Shown here in pieces: positions 27,017 through 39,949 of a DNA stretch of 64,000 nucleotides. The notes below the pieces were generated by a model. That model searched no databases and was not told where the DNA came from. It saw only the letters and a program-made list of their open reading frames with translations. Origin of the DNA: the human T2T-CHM13v2.0 reference genome, Homo sapiens. Each line of letters opens with the position of its first letter. Positions within the stretch are counted from its first letter, which is position 1. The stretch is taken from NCBI RefSeq assembly GCF_009914755.1, contig NC_060929.1; one strand, written 5' to 3'. The translations under genes were made by a program, and so were the position numbers.

Positions 27017-28310
27017 GGAATCTTCAAGGACATCCCATCCAAATTAAAAGTTGTGTATCACTTGCTTCTTTGACCTCATCTACTGTATTAATTACATTTA
27101 TATGTATATATACACACACACACATATGCAAACATATATATATATATCAGCTTTACTAAATGGTCTCTATATTCTCAGTTTTATTGTTTCATTAGGAAAA
27201 GAAATTGGCTGGGATATTGGTAACAGTATATTTCTGCTTATGCTGTAATACCCAAGTTGAAACATTTGATAGAAATTGATTGATGCTTGTTACCTGATGT
27301 TTTAAAATAAGGGCTAAATAGTTATATATCTCAATATTATCGTTATCCTGGATGTGACAGGGTACAGATGTGACAATGCATGTTTTTATAGTGTGTTCTA
27401 CTGGTGATTCAAATAACTAAGGTATTGCCATTGGCAACATAATTTTTGTAAATATTGAAAGACTCTGGGAAGTTTCTACAATAAAAAGACTTTTTCTCTT
27501 CAATTTCCGTAGTGGTTGCATTCTGAAAAATTTAGTTTGTATTAAGCCATTCAAAGTATTTACATGTAAAATATTCATTTCTTGACTAAATAATTACAGA
27601 TGATCACTTACGTGGCTATCCATTGGGGCATTTGATGGGAATATTTTTTACAATGTAGGATCGCAGGATATCTAGTATTGTTTGTCCTCACATTGGAAAT
27701 ACAATTACTGCCTTCTGATCGTTTTGACAATGGAGACACTCAAGCATTTCTAAACAGAAAAAGCTGGTACAAGCACACTTGAAGCACAATACATCTGAAA
27801 GGCACATGAAGAGTTCAATAAAATGTTTAACAACTGAAAAGACTGCAGAAATAAATTTAAGTATTCTGTCTATACTAAAATCCAAATGTAAATTATATTA
27901 GAGTTGCAGCTATTTAATACGCTATTTCAGCATTCACATGCTATTTTCTTTTTCTATTCAGATGTTTTTTCCACTGCCAGACACTTTCTAACAAGTCCTT
28001 CAAACCCTCTTTATAATAACTTATGAAAATATTTGTTACATTATGCTCAATGATTTCCTCAATTAAAATGATATATAAAATAAGAACAAGTGAGAGGAAA
28101 AAAACATAGTTTGTGCATCTGTTTTGTGATAAATATAGTAGTTAGATCTATTTTATATAAGTTTTCTCATTAAACCCACATCAAACTTTTTCTCCTGTAT
28201 TTTTTAAATGGAAAATGTGAGGTTGATAGGAGTTAATTAACTCTACTAATAGCTGACGGAAATGAAACTATCATTACTGAGAACTATGGTTGGTTTTTAC
28301 AATTATTTCA

Positions 28311-28625
<315 letters not shown>

Positions 28626-28685
28626 AATCTATATCTTTTAAGTGTGAAATGCTTTCAGAAAAATATTTCAACCAAAAGGGAGAAA

Positions 28686-29481
28686 TGTGGAAGTTGTGAG
28701 CACCAAAATGGAGTCACTTACATCAAACCATAAAAAAATGAAGCTGGGAGGCCATGAAAGAGGGGCCTTCATGTACATATGTCTATAATAAGAACTGCTG
28801 CAATGGTTCTCTCAAAAACCACGAAAATGTTAGATATGATAATTCTATGAAGACATCTCTCCAGCAACAGCCAATATTATCAATGAGTATTTGCCAACTC
28901 TTGTAACAAGCTTCTCTGGCCCATGAGGTTTATTACAAAACTTACATAAAATTTCTCTTTTAAGATTTTTGCCTTCCTGATATGGTTTAGATTTGTGTCC
29001 CCACCCAAATCTCATGTCGAATTGTAATCCCCAATGTTGGAGGAGGGGCTTGGTGAGAGGCGATTGGATCATGGGGGTGGATTTCCTCCTTGCTGTTCTT
29101 GTGATAGTGAGTTCTCATGAGACCTGCTTGTTGAAAAGTGTGTGGTATTTCCCCTTTGCCCTCTTCCCCCTGCTTCGGCCATGTAAGACGTGCCTCCTTC
29201 CTTTTTGCCTTCTGCCATCATTGTAAGTTTCCTGAGGCCTCCTCCAATCATGTTTCCTGTACAGCCTATGAAATCATGAGTCAATTAAACCTCTTTTCTT
29301 CATAAATTACCAAGTCTCAGGTAGTTCTTTGTGCTAGAACAAACTAATACAGTCCCTCAGCTTCTTTGGTGCCTAAGGTCCACCATAGCATGTGTATTTC
29401 AAATTGCAATTTACTGCTATTTCCTGAATACACTCCACTCTTTATTTTAGAGAGTCAGTATCTCTGTTGTTTAAGTTGACA
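28686..29481 (+). mobile_element. Left LTR of an ERV1 (MER4/MER34-group-like) provirus, split by MSTA
   Basis: TGT...TTGACA termini; colinear similarity to the LTR at 39950 (TTCTATGAAGACATCT..CCAGCAA.AGCCA.TAT); followed by a degenerate PBS TAATGTCAGAAGCAAGAT. Confidence 0.85.
28978..29351 (+). mobile_element. MSTA MaLR solo LTR nested in the ERV1 LTR
   Basis: TGATATGGTTTAGATTTGTGTCCCCACCCAAATCTCATG...AACTAATACA. Confidence 0.92.
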
Positions 29482-31635
29482 TAATCTAATGTCAGAAGCA
29501 AGATGCAAAGGCTCCAAGCCTTCTTTGTTACTTACAGTTACAGCACTGTTATCCAAACAGTAACAAAGAAAGCCTTTGGAAGGCTTTCAAGTATCTGGCG
29601 ATACTTGAAATTGTGTATGATACTCACCTGAGCCTATTGTGATCTTCACTTGTACAAGTTGTCTTTATGCTGCGAGATAAGTCCTCTCTTGGTTTGAGCT
29701 CCCACCTTTTCAGTGAACTCTTACATTTTGGGGGATCTGCTCTTGTAAAGGACATCCTTTCTGGTGAGTATTCTTTTGGTTTAATTTTTGGTTTGGTTAT
29801 TTGTGCATGAATTTAATCTCATTAGGAAACAAGTTAAGTTGAATAGACCAACTAGTGAATTAATCCGTCTCCAAAATATATGTTTTTGGCATTTACCTGT
29901 TTATTTTGAAACTCTTTGTAAGAAATGTAAACCTGTAATGATAATCTCTGCTTTGTAAGGATATCTCCCTCTCTGACACCTAAACACTAGATGCTTTCAC
30001 AAAGCAAAAGGAAGAGACCTAAATCTATCTATCTGTGTAAACTCACCCTTGACCATTTCATTTTGAAGGCTTCCTATATATGCTTTTTTTCATCTCAACA
30101 AATAGTGGTGTTTAAGTTCTGTACCTTTGAGATTTCAATTTTCTACATTCCTTCACCTAAAAATCATCTCTTTGGAAGTACAAATTTTGGGTGGCCTAAC
30201 TAACACTTGTTTATGGGCCAATTGAACAGATCATTAAAAGACAGATAGTCTGAAAGAGGGAGTAAAACTACTTGCAAGCCAGGCAAATAACAATTCTTAA
30301 TGCAAGTTGTAAGTTCTTCCTCTGTCTGTATTTTTCTACGTGTGTGTGTGTGTGTGTGCGTATGTAAAATTTTTTCTACCAAAATTCATAAACGGCTCTA
30401 CTTAATTGGCTTACAGAGAAAACATAAGTGTTTAAACTAAGAATTCTCTCAGAAAAACAGAAACTCAATTGCCTTTTGGCTTATGTGATGAAATAATCTT
30501 TGGCAGACAAAGCTAGTTTTAAAATTTGTTGGCAAAATAAAAACAAATATTTTCAGAATTGTCAGCATTAATTACAATGTACAGATACAGTTTTTAAACC
30601 TAAAGTTACTGGTGAAACAAGCTTGCTATTACTGAGATGTATAATGAATGTCTTAAAGCTATAAATCCACTCATCGTTGTGTTTAAGGAGGAACTGAAGC
30701 ACAATTGTTAAGAACAAGTGAATTAGGTGAATATACATTGACAAAAGGTTGATAATAAAGTTGTCAGAATTTCAAAAATAATTTAGTGTGACTTGAAATC
30801 TTAAAATCATGTTATATTAAATTAAGTAACACTTTACTGATTTAATATTTGAGTCATTTCTAAGGAAAATACTGAAATATCAATTGCTTAACAGAAGTTT
30901 AAAATATACGTAATTTGGCATCTTGGTTTCACATGTTATGGAAAAGCTAAACATATTTGGGCCTGTTAATTAAAGGCATAAAAATTATTTTATGAGATGG
31001 TGTTCATCTGCAAAATACTAACATGATGCACTTCAAAATGCTTACTAATTTTCACTAGAAATTAAGGTTACTAAGAGTTAATTAAAATTAATATTAGAGT
31101 AATTTAAACTAGAAATAATGAAGGGAAACAAATCTGTACGCGAGGGAAGGAAAACACATAAAGAAAGTTATAAGTAAGAGGTTGTGTTTTTGTTAAGGGA
31201 AAAAGAGAGTATTTTTTGTCTAAAAGTAGAATGTCTTACTGTTCCAAAAAGAAAAAGAGAAAAAATATAGACAAAAACTGAATAAGATAACTGGATGACA
31301 AATTTATAGAAAGTTTGTGGAAGATTAATCTTGTGAAAAGAATTTTATGTGTGACCAAGTTGGCTAAAGTTAAAAGGAAATTATTTATAAATATTCTGAA
31401 AACTTGAGCATTATTATCAAAAGTACAGGAATGGAAAACTTGAAATTTGTCCCCTGTGCTGAAACAACAAGCTTTTCTTTGAGTATTGACCTGCTCTTAA
31501 TAGAAAATAGTGAAATGTTTTCTCTACCTTTTAGATAACTGGCCTAATAAACCAAGATTTTTTGTTTATCAAGGTAATTTCTTATGCTTTATGCTCTCTT
31601 TTACTAGGTCTTTGATTACTTGAGAAAAGTGAGTG

Positions 31636-33245
31636 AGGTGGGGCCAAGATGGTTGACTAGAAGCAGCTAGTGTGTGCCACTCTCACAAATAGCAGAAAGA
31701 GTGGTGAGACACTAGCTCTTCAACCGGAACATCCAGGTGGACACATAAGGATTCATCAGTGACATAGTGTGACCTTCGGATCACGGAGAAGAGTGAGACA
31801 GATCAGCCATTCACCCAGGAGTGGCACAGACCCAGGGGAATCCCCCTACAAGAAAATGGTGAGTGAGTGAGAGTCCCGTGGGATGCATATTTCTGCCACG
31901 AACCTTTGAATCCCTGGGCTCAGGAGATACCCCAGCTGGGGTCTCCAGACCAAAACAGAGAGCCATGTGGAGTCTGGGTAGAGCTGCTTCTTAGGTAGGT
32001 GTGGAGTCCCAGTAGCATTTGTTCCCTGGGTACCCCAAAACCAGGGGCTGCAGCTCCAGCAATTGGGAAGGCCAAGTTTTCTTGCACGCTCCCCAGAAAA
32101 GGGGCCAAGTCCATGGGGCTGAGCAGTGATAGACTGCAGACCTCACCACCACTGAACCTTGTAGGATAAGGCCCACTAGCCTGGGATGCTAGTGAGGCCA
32201 CCCTAGTCCTCCTGAGTTCTCCAGCTGGGAGCAGCTCTACACTTCTCCGGCATGCAGCTCCCAAAGAGAGAGGCAGTCCACCTTTTTGCTGTCTCGCAAC
32301 CCTCCCTCCTGCTGCTCTCAGGCTTGGGAGGGTGCACAGCAATTAGGGACTATCACAGAACCCCAGCACAGTGCATCTGGTGAACTTAAAAAAATCAACA
32401 AGTGAAAAACAAACAATCCCATTTAAACGTACACAAAGTACATGAACGGACACTTTCAAAGGAGGGCATACATGTGGCCAGAAAGCATATGACAAAATGC
32501 TCAACATCACTAATCATTAGAGAAATGCAAATCAAAACCACAATGAGATACCATCTCACACCAATGAGAATGGCTATTATTAAAAACTCAAAAAATAAGA
32601 GATGCTAGTGAGGTTGTGGAGAAAAGGGAATGATTATACAGTGATGGTGGGAATGTAAGGTAGTTCAGCCATTGTGGAAAGCAGTGTGGCCATTTCTCAA
32701 AGAACTCAAAGCAGAAGTGCCATTCAACTCATCAATCCTACTATTGAGTATATACCAAAAGAAATACAAATCATTCTACCATAAAGACACATGCACGTGT
32801 ATGTTCATTGCAGCACTTTTCACAATAGCAAAGACATGGAATCAACCTAAATGCCCATCAGTGGTAGACTGGATGAAGAAATGTGGTAGATATACAACAT
32901 GGAATACTATGCAGCCATAAAAAGAATGAGATCATCTCTTTTCCAGCAACATGAGTGGAGCTGGAGGCCATTATCCTAGAAAACCCAATACCATATGTTC
33001 TCACTTATAAGGGGAGCTAAACATTGAGTACATATGGACACAAATGGAACAACAGACACTGGGCCTACTTTAGAGTGGAGGGAGGAAGGAGGATGAAAAT
33101 TTAAAAATTACCTACTGGGTACTATGCTTATTATCTGGGTTATGAAATAATCTATACACCAAACCCCGTGACACACAATTTACCCATATAAATGCGTAAG
33201 TAACCCACATGTGTACCCCTGAACCTAAAATAAAAGTTAAAAAAA
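31636..33245 (+). mobile_element. L1PA15/16-like element: 5' UTR fused to ORF2 end and 3' UTR (large internal loss)
   Basis: Starts GGGGCCAAGATGGTTGACTAGAAGCAGC; ORF2 C-terminal peptide ([16 protein letters not shown]) after ~32382; AATAAA and A-tail; TSD GAGAAAAGT(G/A)A(G/A)TG at 31622-31635 and 33246-33259. Confidence 0.9.
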
Positions 33246-36109
33246 GAGAAAAGTAAATGTTCTCAGTATTAAAAAGCTATGTTTTTGTTGACAATTATGT
33301 AAATTTCTACATTTATTTTTTGAAATCTTTTAATTTTCATTTTGGTTACCTGTTATCGTACTCTGATAAAGTGTTTTAAACTGTTTGATGTTTTTGACAA
33401 ACTTCCCAAAATAATATTTTAAATTAACTCTTTTTGCCCTCAAGTTAATTTTGATATTTCTCATTTGGACCCCTGGAAAGATCAAAGAATGTGTATCTCA
33501 CATTGTAAAGAGATATATTAAACTAATGAGACTTACTTGATATATTAAATTATATAGGGAGTATTGTCAAATACTAAGTGGTGCTAAACCTTCTTTAAGT
33601 TGTATTTCAGAATGTTATTGATATGTGTTACAAAATTATATTGAATTCTTCAAAATCTGATATGTTATCGGTCATAATCTTGGTTATTATCTTCAAGTTT
33701 TGTATGCCACAGAAATAAACAAATTTCTTTGTCAATTACATTATTATTATAATAAACTCCATGAGATTTTTAACCATGGCCACTCTAAGTCTGTCATCCA
33801 CAGGGACCGACTGCTTTCATTCTTTTCCAAAAGCATTTGCCATCAGCTACAATAAAAAATTGCTTCTTCTCTGAAACTGATGACCCATTAAGGTTTAACC
33901 CATATACTCCTCTATATACCTCTACAGCCTCCCCAAATCAAGTTGATATATTCCCCTAGCAGTCTGTGCAATGGAGACCAACACTACATTCTTTTAGATT
34001 GTTTTAAATTACATTTTTGAACTTCCAGTTTATTACATACCAAGAGTTGATTACAACCTCCTTGTTTCATAAGTGGAAGCTATGTTAGGGTTGGATGTGG
34101 GTGCCATAATTTCTTCAAGGATCCTGGACAGAGACCCACATCAGGATCAGAAACCCTACGATAGCATTGCAGATCTCATGGCTCACTAATCCTTGAAGAT
34201 TATAATTTTCATCCTACTATCAGTTGCACTTTCTGTCACTTTTACTGCATTAAGTCTCCCGGTATCAAACAGAGCTCTGTGGTGTCACTGACTGAGGAAT
34301 GGAATAGAGATGTCCACAAGGGGTCTTGATATCATGACTGCACAGAGATGTGAAAGGAGAGACCACTTCCTCACCACCCAGCTACTTCACTTCTCTCCCG
34401 GTATCAGCCCTATAGTCGGACCTAGGCTTTCAGAAGTGTAAGTGTGCAAACAAGTTTCGGTTGGACTTTAAGAGGACACTTTGTCATAGAAGAAAATCCA
34501 GTATCTCTAAGCTGGTTTTCTTTTCAGGAAAACATCCTGAGGGACCAGTAAGCAGGGAGATCCTTTTTCTAGTTTGCCTGTAGAGTTAGGAAGACAGTTG
34601 ATTTTTCAGTCTTTTACAGGATGCTTAAACAAAGCTGTGTAATTACATAAGGTGGATCTTTATCTTGCCTAAGAAGATAAAGTGGGAATCTTCACTCCGC
34701 CAGGGCAAATTTCCAAGGAGCTCATTTATTCCATGTCTTTCAAACTTTCATGAGATACATTTCTCTTTCACATTGTTGCTGATTTCCAAACAGCTGTCAG
34801 CTAGTTTTTTCCTCCCCCTTTCCTATTCTTCACTATTTTGATAGCAAAGCTCATAGAATTAGAGGACTTAGAAGATGCTTTGTAAACATTGCCACAAAGG
34901 AACTGCTGAAATGATTCACAGGAAGACTGGTCAGTTGGGAGAAAGATCCTAAAGATGTTACACTGGTTTTCAACAACATGCTTAGAGAATTCTTGAAGCA
35001 GATAGGTGTCAACCCAGTGAAAACAACATTTTGATTTATTTTTTTTTTTAAGTTTATGGTGATTGTGTCGGTTTCTAAAATAAGCAAATATTCAAGTCAA
35101 GAGATGTTTTGTTTTTTCTTCTGCCAAGAATGGGGTTAGGGGAGCAAAGACACAATTTGGGAAAGGACATATGTGCTATTATAGGGATCACCTTTAAGTT
35201 TCTGGGAAGGAATGGGCACGGGTGAGTAGGTTGGCTCAACATTGTCCTGCACTGCTTATTAGGACCTGAGACGTGCAAGGGAAATGTGGGTGACATCAGG
35301 GCACCCAGGGCACAGCCCCACTAACTGCTGTGCTGAGTTTCTGTAGCCTGCCACGTTTCCCTTGGTGAAGTAAATGAAGATCAAGGAGTCATTTTATGAT
35401 GTCCTGGTGCTGAGAATAATAAATGTCTTGTTACAAACAGATGTAACAATGGTTTTTTTCTGGATTATTATCAGGGTGGTCAGCTCTGGGTTAAGCACCC
35501 ACATCCAATTTGTACAATAATATTGATACATAGGGCTACGCTTATTACTGCTCAAGCATTCTGTTTTAATAATTGTGTTTTACTTCTAAAGGTTAAATAA
35601 AAGCAAAAAATGGGGCTAAACTATCAAACTGTTCCCCTATTTGTTTTCTCCAGTGTACAACATATATATGTATATATTTTATTTTATTGAAGATGCAGTA
35701 GGATACCTGCCATTTAAGAAAATAAATAGAAAATTTAAAATCCCAACAAATGAGAAAAAGAAATTCAGTACCCAAGAATAGGGCTGGTCCAGCACCACCC
35801 CGAAGTAGGCTGTGGTTTATGGAGTGAAGAGCCTTGCTCCCTTTACATTCGCTCATGCTCCCACACAAGGCTAGCAGTAGAAATGCTTGAATTCTGCTTG
35901 GCTTGCCAAGGGGACTCAGGAGTCAACCAAGGGAACTATTTGGCTCCACGAGGAATGGACACCTCAGGATGCTTCCTGAACAGGGCCTAGTCAGGAAGTA
36001 GCCTGGATGTGCATAGTCATGGTCACCTTATGAAAATGTGTGGCAGGTGGCTCTCAGGAAAAACACCAAGCCTGGATCATCTGTGTGGCAGCTTTGCCTG
36101 GGGAGGTAA

Positions 36110-36452
<343 letters not shown>

Positions 36453-36582
36453 TAGGTAACCATTCTTTTCAAGGAATCAACCCAACTTTGCTGGCTTGGT
36501 TTGTGGTTTGTTTCATCCCTAGCTATGAGCATGCTTTGGTCTATAAACGTGGCTTGTCTCATAATACATTCCCTTTCTGTAA

Positions 36583-37007
36583 TTTTTTAAATTTTTTATT
36601 TCCATAGGTTTTTGGAGAACATGAGGTATTTGGTTACATGAGTAAGTTCTTTAGTGGTGATTTGTGAGATTTTGGTGCACACATCACCCGAGCAGTATAC
36701 ACTGAACTCAATTTGTAGTCTTTTACCCCTCATGCCTTTCCCACTCTTTCCCTTGAGTCCCCAAAGTCCACTGTATCATTCTTATGCCTTTGCATCTTCA
36801 TAGCTTAGCTCCCACTTAAGAGTGAGAACATGCAATGTTTGGTTTTCCATTCCTGAGATACTTCACTTAGAATAATAGTCTCCAATCCCATCCAGGTTAT
36901 TATGAATGCCATTAATTCATTCCTTTTTATGGCTGAGTAGTATTCCATCACATATATGTATTTATGCATATATATATATATATACATATGCATATATATA
37001 TACATAT

Positions 37008-37048
<41 letters not shown>

Positions 37049-37231
37049 AATATATACCACAGTTTATTCACTCATTGATTCACGGGCATTTAGGCTGGTT
37101 CCACATTTTTGCAATTGCTAATTGTGCTGTTATAAACGTGCATGTGCAAGTATCTTTTTTGTGTAATGACTTCTTTTCCTCTGGGTAGATAACCAGTAAG
37201 ATTGCTGGATCAAATGGTAGTTCTACTTTTA
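36583..37231 (-). mobile_element. L1PB (PB1-like) 3' end with internal (TA)n(CA)n
   Basis: GAGTAAGTTCTTTAGTGGTGATTTGTGAGATTTTGGTGCAC...GATTGCTGGATCAAATGGTAGTTCTACTTTTA. Confidence 0.9.
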
Positions 37232-39019
37232 TGAATTGTCCTTGTTTTTCTTTAAAAGTTAATACTTTTGATCACTATAGTTTGTTAGTGTTGGATTGTT
37301 TCCACTTTGAAATTTCTAAACTTTTTCCCTTCATAATGTTAAAACAAGTTATGTTAGATGCCCTTTCAACATGAAAGGTCTGTAGTTAAGATATTACATA
37401 TATTTTATTGTTTATAATAAAAATCTAGACATAAGAAGTGCCAAGTGTTAATTATAATATTTTGCACAGTATCTTTTTTCCCATGATGTGTTAATATCTA
37501 CAATTTCATTAAATGTTGATGTTATTCTCTATTGAGATTCAGAAGCCTAGGGAGCTATGTGTTCATTTTGGTTATTTTTGTTGTTATTTCCCTGAAGCAA
37601 AAGACTACATGGCCTTCAGTGCAACAACCTCAGTCCAATTCTGAAGTTTATTATACTTGCTTGCCTCTTGGCTATTTAACTTCTGAGTGCAAATCATTGA
37701 ACTCCCTAATGAAGTATTGTAGAGAATAAATTAAAATGAATAAAGAAAAATACTTCCTCTTCAAGGAGGTTCATGAAAAGGACTCTAACAAGTATGCTGG
37801 AATTTAGATTTCTTATGAGTTTAAGATTATACCACTGGACTGGGAAAGAATTTCCAGGACTCTAATGAAGAAACGATGGCTTCTTAAAACATCTAACCCA
37901 GATCAAGTAGAATAAGTTTAATGAATGGGACTAAACAAACTGATGGCAATATTTTCGAGTGACTTTTTGTTTAACATTTTGCTGTTTTTTTTAAATTTTT
38001 TGTTTTCCAGATTTGAGAAAACTTTTAAAAAGCTATCTATAGCATACAGCAATTTGGTAAAGTATACTTTTATAAATAAAAATGGAAATATTTATTTTTT
38101 CTTCCTACCTGCGGCTGCAGTCTTCAGAGAGCTCTTATTGATATTTTTATTTTATGGCAACATAGTTATTTGCATTAATTCAATAAAAATCTATTCTCTT
38201 TGTAACAGGATAGAATTACAAACATTGGTTATATTATAAATGGTTTGACTTGAATGTGATATTTGAGACTATGCACAGGATGCCTAGCTTCAAGGATTCC
38301 CAAGCTCACAGTGAGTGAATAAACATTTTTACCTCTTGACAGGCCAGGAACCTCCAGATATATTGGAGACCTCAAGAAGAGAGAAATTCATGCAGATTTT
38401 TAGATACTGCAGCCAAAGTCTGATGTTCGCCCTCCTTTGACTTCTGACCCTTGAAAGGCTTTTAAAAGTCTAATCTGAGATTTCTTATCAAAAGTTCCGT
38501 CAAAATAAACTTAAAAACAGCCCATGTTTCATCCCTTTTCTTGCTATACTGTTGTCAATAATCATGCCAAGTTTAATGAGACTAAACTTATTCAGCAGAC
38601 AAATTAGTCTTACTCTGATTATCTTTAGTAGAAATAGGGATGATTGTACAGAGAAAAATTATGTTTCTGAAGAAAAACTGCAGTACACCTGTTAGTAGAT
38701 TGTAGTTTTCTTTGTTGTTTTCAAGTTTTTGTCATCTATCTCTAAATTAGACAGGGCACTTAATTATTCTAATTTCCTCCAACGTCTGGCTACGATTCTC
38801 CAACTAAGAACATAAACTGCCTTGTTCCTAAAGTCCTATAAGTTGGAGCCAGAAAACTCCATGTAAATTTCAAGAGAGAAATCTCATGGCTATTGTGTGG
38901 GCTACAAAGAGAATTGACTAAAATGCCCCATGCTATACCCAGGAACATTCAAACTACAAACCAGAGTAAGAAGTTGATGACATCACAGTGTGGAAAGCTT
39001 TTCCCAAGACATTGTAACA

Positions 39020-39743
39020 AAACTGGACTCTTATCCTTCTTATTTTTTTTTTTTTCTTGCTTATGCCTACATTTTTCACTTGGCAGAATAACGCTGTGGT
39101 TAGAATTTCACATTCAGTAGCTTCCGTAACTGAATGAAGTTTTGGATCTGTCGTGTCAAACCCACATCTTTACATGACCTAAGGGATCCTTTAGTCCACC
39201 CAGTGGGTAACTATGGCAACATCCCTAATTTATTTGCCACCTTGGGTTTCGTTGCAGGCTTCACTGCAAAGGCTATTGCCGCCCAGCAGTGCTCATTAAA
39301 GTATCTTGCTGAGTAGCCGTAGATAACACAACAGGACAGGATGAGATAACTCTCAATTATCTACTGGTTGAACAAGAATGTCTGTGCCATTGCTAATAAC
39401 TACATGCTGTACCTGAATATATTTCTCTGGGGAAGTCAAGACCTAATTGCATAAAATAGCAAGACAGGCTTTATGGCTACAACAGATCTCACTCAGTCTC
39501 ACATAGACTTTTGATTCATTAGTTGGCTGCCTTTGGGTCCATGTTCATAGACAATATTTCATGTTACTATTAATTTTGTACCGCATCATTCTTTTTAAAC
39601 TTTTTATCTGTTTCCTGTCCAACCTCTGCAGAAATGATGCATCTAACAGAATAACACTGGTCCAGAACTTCCAAATGGTAGTCAATGCCTATGGAACTGA
39701 CAAAATTGAACTTAGCAATGAACTCCAGGCAGATTTATCCTGA
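39020..39743 (+). pseudogene. Decayed gammaretroviral-type env (SU N-terminus fused to TM)
   Basis: Hand translation across frameshifts and stops: WQNNAVVRISHSVAS..FWIC; TAKAIAAQQCSLKYLAE/VAVDN..ITLNYLLVEQE/VCAIAN/TTCCT*IYFSGEVKT*LHKIARQALWLQQ (immunosuppressive domain plus CX6CC); hydrophobic anchor in ORF 39561-39743. Confidence 0.85.
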
Positions 39744-39949
39744 GAGCCACTCCTTCTGAACCTCTTTGTTTCTTAAATGTGACTAAAAGGGTTTTGACAT
39801 CTGCTCTTAGTTGCTGGCCATTCACCTCTGATGCAGGATCAGACTAACTAGGAAAGGTCCACTCCAGCACCAAGAAACAATCAAAACCTAACTATAGGCT
39901 GATTAATCAGCAATGCTTTCAGAAAAAATTCTTGGTCAAAGGGGGGAAA

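Noticed and set aside
32402-32920. Two ORFs resembling ORF2p C-terminus
   Set aside because: Broken L1 remnants within the internally deleted element.
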